NCBI GenBank assembly: GCA_047495785.1
Contig: JBLDXI010000028.1
Coordinates: 434,001-498,000, forward strand
Direction of reading: 5' to 3'
DNA from: Lepidodermella squamata
Taxonomy: Eukaryota > Animalia > Gastrotricha
Length of the DNA: 64,000 nucleotides
A program made the translations under genes and the position numbers. Positions 20,541-34,618 of this stretch are shown piece by piece (within the stretch, counting starts at the first letter, position 1; each line of letters starts with the position of its first letter). The notes below the pieces were generated by a model. The model did not search any database. It was not told the DNA's origin and saw only the letters and a list, made by a program, of their open reading frames with translations.

Positions 20541-23500
20541 CTAGATAGCCGAATCTGCATTCCGCCGATTATTTCGCTGCCACTCCGGAATTGTATCAAA
20601 ACTAACAACATCCGTGTCCCTATTTAGTATGGAGCCGCCATTTTTCTGGCGGCCTTTTTGCGGCCGTTTCGGCGTGTACAACTCGTCCTCGGCTTCGTCG
20701 ATATCGCCGTCGTCGCTAAAACCGCCATTTTCATTGCGTGCCAACAACTGCACAGCTGAACCGTGGCCGCCGTTGCGGGAAACGCGTGGATTCAGCTGCA
20801 CATACTTTTTACCATTGTGTGAGCGAGATTTCAACGTTTTCTGCAAAAAAAAACAAGAAAAATATGTTCATTCACGGTATGAAAATATTTATGAAAAAAT
20901 GATGGAGCAACTTGAGGTGATGCAGTGAATAAGCAATCGCATAGTGATGAGCCACACGCCAAGTTGACCAACAACATTTTAGGGTCGGGGCAAATACAGA
21001 GTGCGGTAAACAAGCGAGAAGTTCTACCACCCTGGAACATTAAAAGCGTTGTTCAAATGACGAATGTAAAAAAGCACAAACGGCAAACTGAAGAAAAGTT
21101 TTTTCCAAAATATTATCCCCGCAACTCATTCCTCAAATTTCTCTGATATTAAAATCAAACTTTCATACATAATTTTTTAAATAAGTGTTTTTCAGAAAAA
21201 CAAAAATAGGGCTTGCTTAGGGTTCAGGGTGCAGATCTCAGATTTAGGGTTGGGGCGATTTTCTGGCTTCAATTGTAGGGCTCCCCTACTTCACCAATAA
21301 CCATAATCAAGCGAAAAAAATTGACGACATTTTTGGAGCCCCCATTATTTTCTATAGGCCAGGAACCAGTCGGGCCATATTTTATCGATTTAAAGTCTTG
21401 TGAGGCCTAATAAATGAAAAATCTAAATCCTTGTCATAATTTTTCTTCAATAAATCATAGTTAGCTGAAAGCGTACAAGTATAAAGCGGTAAGCAAAGCG
21501 GAAAGCGAATGAGAAATGAACCAAAGACGTCTGTTTTTTTTTCATGTGCCTCAAGTTGCTACTCGAATTTGTACTCACCTTCATTCGAACAAGAAAAACA
21601 ATGACGAAGAGCACGAGAATGACAGTTGAAGCGGCGAAGACCGAAATAGTTGCGCTATTAGTATCGATTCTGCCCCACAAACTGCGATTTGCCATCGCGT
21701 TCCTCACATCCGCCGGCATACACGTCGACCCGCTGTCATCCTCGTCGAAGCAATACATGCACTGGCGGTGCAACCGCGACCCGTCACTCGGATCTTGAGC
21801 TTCAAAAGGCGCGTAGTGCTGCGGGCAAGTCGCAACGCACGTGCCGTTGTGGAAATACGTCACATCTGAGCACGACGTGCAGTCTTGGTCGGTGCCACCA
21901 GCGCAAGTTCGGCAAGATACGTGGCATCGCGTGCATTTGTGATTGCCCAGTTCGAACTCGTTCAAGGCGCATTTCGATTTCGGCGCTAGGCAGCGCTTTG
22001 TCGCTGCGTCCATGGTGAGGCCGCTTCGGCATGCTTGGCAAGATTCTGGCCCGCTGCCTGAGCAGGTTCGGCACGATTCGTGGCACGGCGCACAGCCCCA
22101 CATCCACTTCTCGAAGAATCCTAAATTCAATCGCAAAATAATCCATGTTAAATTAGGGCTGATACATTTTCGACCTCAAGTGAATATTTGAGAAGAACCG
22201 TATAGAAAGGGCCCTTGTTTCAGCTGAATAAGAATTTGACAGAGGGGAATTGTGATGGCACAATTTTTAGAGCGTGATCATCCCAATTGTGTGACGCAAC
22301 AAAAACGACAGGGGCATTTTCTATAGGACACGTCTCATTTCTTGTCATCAAATCGCTGGAGGTAAATTTACTAACAGTTTGTTCAACAAATTTTTTTTTA
22401 CTATCAACTTGGAACCATTGCAGTAAAAATTGGCAAGAGACCAAATTAATTCAACTAGTAAAGTTTTGTGCCTGTTGTTACCTTCGATATTTCCATTATC
22501 ACTACTCCCATAAAATTTTGAGAAAACTCCCGGATACTAATACAGTAATACGATAAAATCGGGAATCTGCATGTGTTATATTTTTAATTTTTGGACATTT
22601 CACGAAAATCATTGATAAATTGAATTTAAATGCAGTAAGTAAGGCACTGTATTTTTCATCATTGTTAAACCTCCCCTGAATTATCCGAATGTCGATTTGT
22701 TCGTCGTTTTGTCCGGTGTTGATGATAGCTTTAGGGGCACAAATATCGTTTTTGGCGCGGGTGGATGTTATAAATAGCCATCAATAGCCGCAATTTAGGC
22801 TAGCTAATTTCGGGGTGAAACTCGGCTGATGAAAAAATAGTATGCGCTGATAATATAATGATGAAATCTATCGCGGATAAAAAAAATACTTTTCCGCTGA
22901 TGAAAAGTTCCCCCCTTAGGTGGTAGAAAACAATATAAAAAATCAGTGAGGGGTTAAATTATATGCTCGAAATAATTAATTTGTATTTTCTACAAACAAG
23001 CAACATAGCAACGAAAAAATAAATTTACTTCTTCCGATCACATCCCTCAGACCCAATAGGTAACATTTTTTCGTCAAAATTTCTTTCTTTTTTAGCATTT
23101 CTAAACATATTCTTTGCATTGAAAACTTTATTGCAGGAAAAATGACAAAATCTTCCCTGAAATGAGCCTGCTTTCTGTTCATCTAATGAAGCACCAAAAT
23201 CGAAGCAAAACACGAGTAATCACGAATAACCATCCCGAATTTGAATGCACCAAGTGCATAATATTTCTAGCAAAACACACTGAAGAAGTCTGCGACCAAC
23301 ACCAATTAGGGAAAAACGTTCTCCTAAAACTAAATCAAGTTTCCCCTCAACGAGGTACACGTGAAAGGCGACGATTTGAAACTGGATAAAATTGACATTT
23401 TTCTTGAACAATTATGACAGTTACAAATTTACTGCTTATCCGTGGCGAAAAAGTTCAACGTACCTTGCGGGCACCGCCCAGGACACTTGTCACACGCCAT

Positions 23501-26069
23501 TCTCGAATCGTCTTGGCAATAGCCGTGCGGACAATCGTGTAGGCACGCCGAACGATTCGGCGATAAAAACATGCCATTTTGGCACGAGGCACAAATTTCT
23601 GGCGATGCACAAATCGTGCAATGCGCCGCACAGGCGATGCAATTTTTCGCCGCTTCATCCCTGAAAAACTGCGGCAGGCACGTCGAAACGCAAACGCCAG
23701 AGTCTGTTTTGTAATTTTTGCATTTTTTACAGTCGGCAGCTGACGGGCCGGTACAGCCGAGGTCGGAAACGCATTCAGGGTGGCATATCAGGCTAGTATT
23801 ACCCGAATTTTCGGTAAATTTTGCACCTTTCTGCGCATCTTTCGGCATTTTGACATTGTCCTTCCGGTTTAAAGTCGACGATTCCGGCACGAATTCCGTT
23901 CCATATAAAACGAGGCGCCACAATTTGAAAGTTCCGTGATTCGCCTCGGAACCCGTGTTAACAATCTCCAATTTCCACTTGCCATTCGGCGTTTCGCCCC
24001 AGAAGTGGACGGACATAAATGGCCACTCTTTATATTCGCCCTGATCTCGGTCATGCGACCTCCTGGGGATTAACTGTGATCGAGTTCCTGACGGGCTGGT
24101 TAGATAAATTGTTAAATCGCCTCGTCGTGAATATTCGAGTGAAATTTGAGCCTGGACATGCTCTAAATATCGAACATAATCCGAAGACCCGGCACATCCG
24201 TCGACATTAGCCTCTAAAACCAGCGACATTTGCCCGGCCATGTCGCGCGATTTTTCATCCAAATGAGGTACGCAAATTTTTTGTTCAGGCACTGTTTTCC
24301 ATTTTTCAGCTAATCGCACCATTCCAAGGCCGTCCATAAGGCCGTAACCATATTTTGTGCTCACTTTACGCCCAATGCCGTTTGTTACCCAGTTTGCGTC
24401 ATTTAACGGCTCGGGTCGCGATGTTTCGACGACGATGTGTTGAACATCTCGCCAGGTTAGTTGAGGATTTGCTTCCAGAGCAAGGGCAACCATGCCGCCG
24501 GCCATTGGCGCTGATGCGGATGTACCTGAAAACCAAAATAATAACAATTAAAAATTCGAAAAAATCGCAGTTGCATCGTTTAAAATCAAATAAATTTTAG
24601 GCATCAAAGATTCAAAATTTAGCAAAAATTCATAACATCCCAATATCGGTGATTTGTCGTGCTAAAAAACCAGAGGGTTATATTAATGGCTAAAAATTAT
24701 GGCATGAAGTGACAAGGCATCGCCTGAGATATGGAGATTTCGTAGAATTTCGACAACGGGAATTTCAAATAGTAAGCATTTTTTACCTGTATGCCTTTCT
24801 GTACAACCGTGGTGTAAATCTGTAGTCACGACTTGACGATCGCTAGACGGTTCGCCCGAACTGTAAGTCGTCGCAATTGTCGAAGCGCACTCTTCCAAGT
24901 ACCAAGGTTTAACACCATGCTCCGACGCACTACTGATCGACAGGGTGAAAATCGAATTCGCGTAGCCGTCGCATGCACATGAATCCTCCGCATTTCCACC
25001 GTTTCCAGATGCCCAAACGAAAATATTGCCTTTTCCACCTCGACCTTTTAGCACGCCCTGGACAAATGCTTCTTTTGCAAGAATTCCAGGCCCATCAAGC
25101 GCCTTTCCGTTATCATCAGGGCCCCAACTCGCGGAGTAAATATCGATGTGTTGTGGGTTCAAAGAAAGGGAAGAAGCTTCAACAGCGTCGGTAATTCCGC
25201 CGTCTAACATGCGAACTCCACCGATTTTGGCGTTGAAAGCCACCCCAACTGTGCACACTTTGTTGTTAGCAACAGCGGCTACTTGACCAGCGCAACGAGT
25301 TCCATGGCGATTTGAATCTATGGAATCGTAACGAGGAGTAGGATCGTCATCGTCGCTGTTAATATCGCGACTGGCTTGTGGGTCGTAATTTGGTGCTATG
25401 TCTGGATGGTCCTTCTCGATGCCGTCGTCTAAAATTGAAACGACGATGTTCATCCCAGTGTAGCCTGCTTGCCATGCAGCTTTCACATTCATATCATAAT
25501 TTCCTTGTGCACCATTCAACTGTGATAAACGAAGACGATTAGGCTCATATATCAAATTTTATTCCTATAATTCAGCTTACCAAATACCACGATTTGGGCC
25601 AGATAGGGTCATTAAAGCTAAGATCACCGGTGGAGGTACTGCGTTTCACCCGCTTTTTAGGTACTTGGCGCTCTGAATATCGCACGCCTTCCCGTTTCGC
25701 CAGGTTTTCAGAAACCTCAGCCATCCAGCTCTGACTGTGTTTGTGAGCTTCTCGTTTTTTGATAACATGCGAGAATTGCGAGATTTTGGCGGCATCGGGC
25801 CATTGACCTTCTAGTAGATACACATCAAGATTTCCGACCTGAAAAACAATGAAATCAACAATTTTCCAAGAGGTTAATTAATCAAATATTACCTGGCTTT
25901 TGAACACTAATCCATGATCGCGGGCGAGTCGACGAGCGGCTTCCTCGCCACCGTCGATAGCGACCGCCCACTGATGAACCTTCTTGATCTCGTCGATCGA
26001 ATATGAATATGTAGGTAGCACTTGACAAAGACTGCAATACAGTAATAAGGCTGTGGAAAACCTCAACAT
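20541..26069 (-). CDS. Furin/PC5-like membrane-anchored proprotein convertase (subtilase S8, P domain, Cys-rich repeats, TM)
   Basis: Signal peptide, propeptide ending KKRVKR, ILDDG, HGTRCAG, ASGNGG, GTSASAP, P domain (RRGDL, MSVHFWGE), furin-like Cys repeats, TM helix and acidic cytoplasmic tail. Confidence 0.95.
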
Positions 26070-26816
26070 CAAACAATCTAAAATGAAATAGGGATATGGT
26101 TAACGACTCAAAATAACGTTTGAAAATTAGAAGGAACATAATTTCCCTTGGAATCTGGTGTCTACCAACTACCAACTTCTCAAACTAGCTCGGGATGGAG
26201 TCAAAGCACCAGCGGCATTATGATTATGGTGTAAGCCAATTGATAATTCAAGCAAAGAGTGCACCAAGATGGCCAGCAAGCTACTGTTTCTCGGCTCTAG
26301 CTATTTCAAGATAGCTGAGTACGTTGAACAACGCATTGATGTTTCATATACTTGTTCAAGTGAAATGCTAACACGCGGACGGAGATGTGTCCAACTATCT
26401 CTACATCCGTCGAATGGCGAATTGGATCGGGCACACTACATCCTGAACACTTGGGCCTCAAAAATGGGACGTCGGTAATTCGTCTTGTCCTCATTTCCGC
26501 AATTGAAAACCTGCTCGTCTGACGGAGGATCGTTGAAAAGTTGACAACCCGCCAAACTGGATTCATTAATTATTGAACGCTAATTAAAACAAAAACGACA
26601 AGAAATGCTTCAATAAAGTTTTAAAATATTTTCGCGCGGCTGTGATAACAATTTGCACATTTAATTTGTTTCGTAATTTAGAGGGTTGCAATTTTTAGAG
26701 GGTGTGATCGTAAACTGGCCAGGGACCTATCGGCAACCACAAAAGACCGGCAGTACCTCGTCCCTCGTCTGCGTTTTGCTTTCCAGGTGTTTCTGTTTCT
26801 CTCTTGGTCATCAATC

Positions 26817-27953
26817 ATGGCCATCCTGTGCCCGCAACAATGGGCATATAAAATGTTGAAGTGTTCGTATTCTAGATCATTTGCTGCTGCTCTGCCATTT
26901 CGCGCTGCTGCAATTCCAGATGTCGACAAGACTCGTTTAGCTCAACACAAAATTCATGTTCGAACTAGTATTGGACGATGGGAGGATAAGCCGAGTGGGC
27001 TTGACTTTGAGGTGTCGTACCTTGATATTATTCCACGCGGCTTCAGTCAAAATCATATTGATTCGTTGCCCGTAATTTTGTATTTAACCGGATATATCGG
27101 CAGTCATCGGCCAGTTCGTCACTTTTTGCTCAAACTTGCTGATCGCACGAAGTGCCGCCTTGTTGCGCCTCTGTGGCCTGGTGTTTGCGATGAAACTCGA
27201 GCTCTTTCCAAGGTCGACCACGAATTGTTTGGCCATAGTGTTACAGAATATTCTGAGTTCACGATGGATTTCTTACAGGCGATGAACATCGTTCCTCAGA
27301 AGCAGCCGCTCTCTTCAATTGTTGCTCACAGCGGAGGCTGCCATCCTGCTTTAGTACTTGGCGCTCGCCAAGCTAGATTAACAAAAAGTCTTACATTGAT
27401 TTGTCCATCCGCACCCCGCCCTCTCTCCAAGTATGGCTACGAGTGGATTCATCGTTTTGTAGCAAGCACCTGGGACATTTCTTATATCAGACCTGTTCTG
27501 AAGCCTCTAATTCATACCAGCGTCTTCTTTAGTCCATTTCGTGGTCATTTATCAACAGATGCCGCGGTCAGCATTGCTAAGGCGACTTTGAAAGTTGAAC
27601 GGACCGAAGTTTTGGGAGCGGCGAATGATGTATTACATAAGCAACTGCCTTTGTTATATGTTTACTCGGATCTCGACGAATGGATTCCTTTGGCTGACAC
27701 TCTAACATTAGCCGAACACTTGGAATTGCACCCAGACTCGAAGAAGGGTCGGACCTCTACCGACCGCTACTCGATTAAAGGCGGCGAAGTGGTCAAATTG
27801 AAGCCTCCACATCACGTCGGTGATGCATTGCACGAATCGATTCGTCTTCCTCGACATGCCGTTCGAATTGTGAAGGGTGGATCCCATTGGCCCCAACGAA
27901 ACTGCCCAGATCTATTGTTGGACAAAATATCTGATCTTTTGCAGTATGGTTGA
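26817..27953 (+). CDS. Intronless alpha/beta hydrolase (possibly DUF1057-like)
   Basis: About 380-aa ORF; VILYLTGYIGSH, RLVAPLWPG, nucleophile elbow AHSGG, YSDLDEWI, GGSHWPQ. The start could instead be the downstream MLKCS ATG. Confidence 0.8.
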   Translation: MAILCPQQWAYKMLKCSYSRSFAAALPFRAAAIPDVDKTRLAQHKIHVRTSIGRWEDKPSGLDFEVSYLDIIPRGFSQNHIDSLPVILYLTGYIGSHRPVRHFLLKLADRTKCRLVAPLWPGVCDETRALSKVDHELFGHSVTEYSEFTMDFLQAMNIVPQKQPLSSIVAHSGGCHPALVLGARQARLTKSLTLICPSAPRPLSKYGYEWIHRFVASTWDISYIRPVLKPLIHTSVFFSPFRGHLSTDAAVSIAKATLKVERTEVLGAANDVLHKQLPLLYVYSDLDEWIPLADTLTLAEHLELHPDSKKGRTSTDRYSIKGGEVVKLKPPHHVGDALHESIRLPRHAVRIVKGGSHWPQRNCPDLLLDKISDLLQYG

Positions 27954-28037
27954 ATTGAAACAATTTTAGTATTTTGCCAATTAATGTTTCTACCATCAAT
28001 TGATTTGCGTTCTCATAGATTTTGTTTTATAACTATT

Positions 28038-30104
28038 ATGGCATCGTCCGCCAACGGTGCTGTAGCAGATTTCGTTCGGCGTCTCGAGAAAAGACTCGGT
28101 GATTTGAGCACTCGAGCCGACTCTATCCAATCACTGTCTCAATACGCGATTCAACACAAAAATGAACACAAGCTGATTGTTCAGACCTGGGAACGTGTCC
28201 TAAAATCAGGGGCAACCGATGGCGAGAAGCGGATCGCTTTATTCTACGCCTGCAATGACATACTGCAAAATTGCAAGCGGAAAGGTGCTGAAGTTTTCCT
28301 GAAATCGTTCGAATCTTCTCTTCCTTCGGTTCTCGGTTATTTTGCTGAACCGACCACTGTGCAACAAAAGGTCGAACGTGTACTCAACATTTGGGCTGAA
28401 CGCCACGTCTACCCAAAGTCGACGATTGACTCATTTATCACCTCGCTGGGTTCGAGTCCGAAATCGTCTGATAATACATTAACCGCAGCTAAGTCAGAAT
28501 CAAAGACGCTGAACAGTATTTCTGAAGCGGCTTCGGCATTTTCGGTGTCGGATATAATTTCTAAATTCAAATCCGAGGGCTTGATTGAACGGTTGCGGCA
28601 ACAAGTCAGTTTAGATTCAGACGTGTCATCTCGATCTGAAATGCTGAAGAATCTCGACGTCGATGTTTCGGACGTTCAAGTCGTCAGCAATCTAAAAAGT
28701 GAGCTTCCTAATATTTTCTATCGATTAATCGAATGTAAAAAATCTATGAATTTGCAAAATTTGAGGCTTGGGATTATTTATTAGCCCAAATTAGCAGAAT
28801 TAAAATTAACATCGCGCCTAATATATGTACAATTTTTAGATAAATCCGAGGGAAAAGAGTTTTGCGAAAAATTCGAACGTGCATACACAGCTCTACAGTC
28901 TTTCGTAACCCTCCTCGAGAAGCAGGCTGAAGGCCGGCGAAAATTGGTTGAAACGCTCGAAAATGCTGAAGTATTCTACGACACTCAGTATGCGGAGGTC
29001 AAAAAGATATCTCATGTAATTATTCGAAATTTTTCCTAATATTTTGTTCAAATTTTCTCGGTTTTTCAGGTTTATAACAAGTATTTGAATAATGTTAACC
29101 AAGTGATAAAGAAGGCTGGTGAAAGACGGGAAACTGTACCTTCTCCCGAGCTGGAAGAGCCGCGGACTCCGTCGACCCCCGATGACTCGGATTCGATGGA
29201 TATCGAGCAAAATCACGAGAAAAATAGATCACCCGCAGTTGCGAATGGCAATAAATACGGGGGTAATTTTCAAATGCCAACTGGAAATCTACCACTTCCA
29301 CCTATGCCGCCTATGCTTATGCACATGATGCCTCCGCCGAGTTCGTTCCGGTTCAATTTACCAGCCCCGCCGCCTCCTCCATCTCATCCGCCCCCACCCC
29401 CGCCTCATTCGCCCCAAAATCAGCAGTCGCAAAACCACCAATTTCAGCCGCAGTATTCGACTCCGCCCCCTCCACGGCCGCATTTTTCATCGCCACCTCC
29501 GCCACCGCCTCCCCCGCCGCAACAGCAATTTCAGAATTCGCCTCAAATGGCGCCTAATTTCGGGTCTTACCCGCCCCCGAGACACCAGAATCAAGGTCCG
29601 CGGATGAATTTTCCCCCGCAAAACCAGTACCACTCGCCTCCGAAGATGCAGCAGAATTTCAACTATCCACCGCCGCAGCATAATCAAAATCACAGTCAAG
29701 GAACGATTCCGACATTGATAAATCGAAGCAATCCGCCCATTTCGCCGACTCAAACCAGCCCGCCTCAATTTCAGGGTCCGAAAAGCGGCCGGAAACGGTC
29801 GTTCGAGGGCTCTGAAGAAGGTTTCGAGCATTTGATACCCGCTCAGCCGCTACTAAGTCTTCCGCCCAGCTTCCCATCGACCCGGCCGATCTCGACAATT
29901 GTCGGCGTTCGGCGGCCATCTGCGTCTGGACCGCCGACCTCTGACCCGAGGCTGGCGCAGCAGGGTCTGCCGAACAGGGGCGGCCGAGGGGGTCGTGGCG
30001 GGCATGTTAATATGGGCCGAGGTGGGCCAGGAGCTGGCTATCCTTATCACCACCAACACCACCCCGGCGGGCAATATCAACAGCAGCAGCAACAGCAATT
30101 TTGA
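28038..30104 (+). CDS. RPRD2: RNA pol II CTD-interacting protein RPRD2-like (3 exons)
   Basis: CID domain DSIQSLSQY...LFYACNDILQNCKRK...VERVLNIWAERHVY, coiled coil, VPSP motif, and a Pro/Gln/RGG-rich tail. Confidence 0.85.
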
Positions 30105-30588
30105 TTGTTTTTTCTTCGTGTCACGGTTCTTCGGTGTTCTCAATCTATCTGTGTTGTTAAAAATTGGATGGCGATTTGCAAGAGAAGTCGATGAAAAAAT
30201 TTGCTTAGAACTAGTTTTCTCATCTCCCGGTTTCAAATTGCTCAAAATTATGTCGTCTTTCTTGAATACCGGATTTCTAAAACAATTTTAATTCCAAATT
30301 TTTAATCAATGGTACAAGATGCAATAATTCCAATACATTTTGGACTAATTTTTTTGCCCAATTTTCATCTTAGAATTTGTGCCAATTTTTTCGAGGTTTA
30401 AGGATTTACAAATTTCAGGCAATTTTCATCGGAATTTTCTTGCGAATCGGCTCAAATGCTTTCTTACCTGTCTCGTCTTTGACTATAAAATTGACGTTAA
30501 AATTTTTGGCTATAATAAAACTTATCAAGATTTCGATTTAACCTCTGGTTTTTGCCGATAACTAATAGACATTTTGATTGATTGAAAA

Positions 30589-33377
30589 ATGACTGCTGCC
30601 GAGCCGAGTTTGCTGTTTACAGTGGTCGAAATGTCGACAGTGGTGTCAACTGTGGTTATGATCCTATCAGTTCTGTGAGTCATCAGTGGAAATGGAATAA
30701 TCTGAATATTAATTGCATAATTTTCCAGGCCATTTTGCTATGGTATGTATCGTAAACGCGATGCGAAAGATGCGCCATTTGCACTGTTTGTCGTAATCAT
30801 GGTCATGTAAGCTAGGCGTCATTTTTCAAATTTTCAAATTTTAACGCCATCCCAACTCTCGACAGGGCGTTGAATGGCCTGGCCTATGCGATAGTTCTCG
30901 GCAACAAATCGGTCAGCTTCATCAATTACCTGTCGCTATCGGTCAACCTGGTCTTCATGACCGTGTACTTCACCATCACCCGATGCCATGTTCGTTTGAC
31001 ATTTTTATCTATTCTAGAAAGTAAAATCAGGAAATCAAAAGGATCTTACTTTTGGAATTTTTTATGAGCTGAACCCATTTTTAGCTTTTATCTAAAATTT
31101 GGTTCCGCTAAAAGATATCCTGAAGTTAAATTCCTATATCGTTGACATAGGCTTTAACACCACTATGGCCGGCTAGGTTGCCTCACTTCTCATATTTTGA
31201 TGTCATATGATTTGGGGCAGACATTTGCATAGTTGTATTTATTACCTTAACTATGGCTATCCTGTCATCAAGAGGCTCAATGTCAGAACCAATTTCCCGC
31301 ATTGCCGCTTCAAACGTGAAGCCATGGTGCAGCTTTTTTCATCGATTCTCCTTCCAGAATGCCGAAATAAGTTAAAAGTAGAAGGCAAGTTGGTTCTGAA
31401 GACACGAGACGAATCTGCATTCGCTGACCATCTGATGTCTGATGAACTCGTAAGGTGAGGTCTAGCTTTTTCGGCAACAAGTAGTAAGGTTTTCCAGCGA
31501 TGAGTAGCTGCTGAGGCGAAATTGTAGACTTTTTGGACCAAGCCAGAAAAAAATTGAAATTCAGGAAGATACCTAATAACAAAATTAGTCTCGAGTTTCG
31601 TTTAATTTTCTTTGTCGAGATGCCAAGGAATGGCATAGCATCGATTCAAATTATGAAAATTAGCAGGCAACAGAACCAAACGTTCTCTGGTGATGTCGAT
31701 ATGAAGATCAACCCTTAGAGCCTCGTATTGCGCTTGGCGATTTGCGGAGATGTCGCTAATCAGATAGCATCGGGCAGCATGCTTGAAGTAACCCCAACAG
31801 TAATTCCTCGTATTCTATATTAAACTGCTCAGGAAGGGCATTTAAGCGATTGAGCAAGACGTCAGATTCAACTAACTCATATTTCTTCATAAGAGCGGCC
31901 TTCGCCATAGAAAAATCACACAATTTCGGCGATCGTTACGTGTGGCCTGTGGTAGGGTGAACGAATAACACAGCGTGTGGGCGAGGAAGAATGTGCGCCG
32001 TGCTCCGATATTCACCTAACGGCTGTCATAGCGTTGATGAAATAGCTGTGCAGTAGCAAAGAAACCGAATATTTTCGGCAACTCGGCGACGCCAAGAGCC
32101 AAGTGCATTTAACATTCATCGTAGATTGTACTTAGACAAATGCCCTAACTATCCAAGATGCATCTTTTACCCACCTGGAACATCTTCAAGACGAGAGTTT
32201 GACATATACATCGTGTGAAAATCCAGTTTTTCCTTCGGCGGCGTCGCGATTCGAGCAGCTTCCGAATCAAATAAGCTTTCGCCATTGATAGAGTACTAGC
32301 AAATCAACAGGCGCAAAATTATAAGAGACATTTTTTTATAGCGCTGAAAGATTGCTGATGTTAAGACACAACTCCGCAAGACGAGAGAGAAAGTCGAAAA
32401 ACGGCGGTGCTAGCGCAGAAGATTGAGGGCGAGGCAACATAAACGGAGGTTCATTTACCTGAGAAATTATAGGCGAAATATCGTGTAGGAAGGTATCGAA
32501 GTCCGGTACCATAGGCATCCGTAAGTCACAGTCAAATTTCTCCATTCCATGATGAGTTTTCCTGTAGGTGACATTAGGGTATTCAGGGTATGAAATTTTG
32601 AATTTTTCAATAGCCTTGGAGGCGTTACGCTCATTTTCAAGATGAAAAGTGAAAAGTGAATATCATCTGGGTAAATATAAAGCGGATTTGAACAAAACGC
32701 AGAGAGTAAACAAAGTGTTGCCGTCGGCAGCCAAATTCCGTTAACTGAATAGCCTATTACCGAAAATGAACAGCCTGTCTTCAAGCATCTTCAAGGCCTA
32801 AGTCAAGAAACGGCTCGTTGTCAGGTTTCCTACATTCCATCACTAAATTTTCGGGAGAATACACATTTTTCTGACATTTTTTCAGAAAATTTTATAAATT
32901 TAGCCGAAATCGCAATTTCAGACTGTAATTAAAAAACAAAATTTTCCAGGTTCAATCTGCCCTAATACTGGTTTTTGCGCTATCCGGCCTCGCGACAACT
33001 CATTACGTAGCCTATGTGAACATGCCGGATAGTTACGCATCAATTATCGGCGGCATCGGCGCCACTTGTTCTGTCCTCATGAACATTTTGCCGATCGGTG
33101 AAGTTTTCAAGTGCTTCCAACGAGGCGATTCGTCGATAGTCGACCGGCCTATGCTGTTCTGCGGCACGATTTGCACGTTTTGCTGGACTGTCTACGCTGC
33201 TATGCTTGATAACGCGTATTTCTTGGTAAGTTTGGAACATTTTTTTTATGGATTATTGAGTTTTTTTAAATTATTCCAAAATTTTAGTACCCGAATATTC
33301 CTGCGTGGATTGTCAGCCTGCTGCGATTCGTCGTTATTTTTAAATTCCCGAAGCTGGAGGCCAAAAAGCAGGAATAA
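30589..33377 (+). CDS. SWEET/MtN3 sugar transporter, paralog 1 (5 exons; 2-kb intron 3)
   Basis: PFCYGMYRKRDAKDAPF, PIGEVFKCFQRGDSS..RP, CWTVYAAMLDNAYFL|YPN: two MtN3 repeats, about 7 TM. Confidence 0.85.
31200..32800 (-). mobile_element. Degenerate hAT-type transposase relic inside the SWEET intron
   Basis: VQKVYNFASAATHRWKTLL...LTSSSDIRWSANADS and an upstream HNLN recall hAT (ZMYM1-like) RW and CxxHxLN motifs; many stops and frameshifts; boundaries approximate. Confidence 0.6.
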
Positions 33378-33605
33378 AGTGGATCTCATCTGAAACAATT
33401 ATAGCCCTTTCCTTGCAATATTTTTTGATATTTTTTGCCTGCTGCATTACCATGATTGATATTATTTGGACATGACTAATACTCAGTTCATCTTTTCGGT
33501 GCCTTGATTAGTCGAAAAACTGCTGCTGGATTAGAACCAACGAATTAGATTAGAACAATTGAGATATGTTTTGATAATTTTCTAGGACTTAATTCGCAGA
33601 GAACC

Positions 33606-34618
33606 ATGACCGACGCGGGCTGGCTGTTTGCAGCGGTCGAAATTTCGACCATAATAGCCTCAGTGGCTTTGACGCTTTCAGCCTTGTAAGCAATTCATTT
33701 AAATCATCAATCTCGGTGAATTAATTTTCCAATTTCCAGACCTCTTTGCTTTGAAATGTATAAAAAGCGAGACGTAAGCAACAGCCCGTTTGTCCTATTC
33801 TTGGTCTGGTTGATATTGTAAGCGTTTTAAACTGGTGCTTGTTTCATAATCATATGATTTTCTTGTCGAATTTCAGGTCACTCAATAGCTTGACATACTC
33901 GATTTTAGTTGCCAACAATACGCTCAATTTTATCAATTTCATATCGATCGCTGTCACGCTAATCTTCATGATTGTCTACTTTATAGTGAAACCAAACGAT
34001 GTGAGTTAATATTTCTTCTCCTAAAATTTAGATCTTCGACATTTCAAACTGCAACGCGGGGTAATAGTGAACTTATCCACTTAGCAGGCTTTGAAAAGTT
34101 GGAATTTTACATGAAATACTCCGTCTCATTCGCTTTTGTTTGAACCAAATGTGGATTGAACATCTACGATATACATTTAGATTGCCTCTATGCTGACGCT
34201 TGCGATATCGATTGGCGGCCTTGCGCTTAGCCAGTTGGTCGCCTATCAGCACGCGACGAGTGTTGACGATTTCATTGAAATCATCGGCGGTGTTGGCGCC
34301 ATTGGTGGTTTCATCATGAATCTGCTGCCTATAAGCGAGGTCATTTCGAGCTTCCAACGCCGCGACTCGTCGGCTGTTGACTTGCCGCTGCTTGTCGGCG
34401 GCAGTGTCAACTTGTTTTGCTGGACGGCTTACGGCATGTTACTCAACAACTACTTTTTTGTGGTAATTTCCTTGTCAATTCAACGCTTCAGTATTTCTTA
34501 GTTTTGTATCTGATAATAGTATCCCAACATTCCTGGTGCCATTGTCAATATGCTGCGATTTTTTGTGGCCTATCGATTTCCGAGTGGAAAATCTGCTGGC
34601 AAGGACAAGCGTATCTAG
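33606..34618 (+). CDS. SWEET/MtN3 sugar transporter, paralog 2 (5 exons)
   Basis: Same exon structure as paralog 1; PLCFEMYKKRDVSNSPF, PISEVISSFQRRDSSAVDLP, CWTAYGMLLNNYFFV|YPNIPG. Confidence 0.88.
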
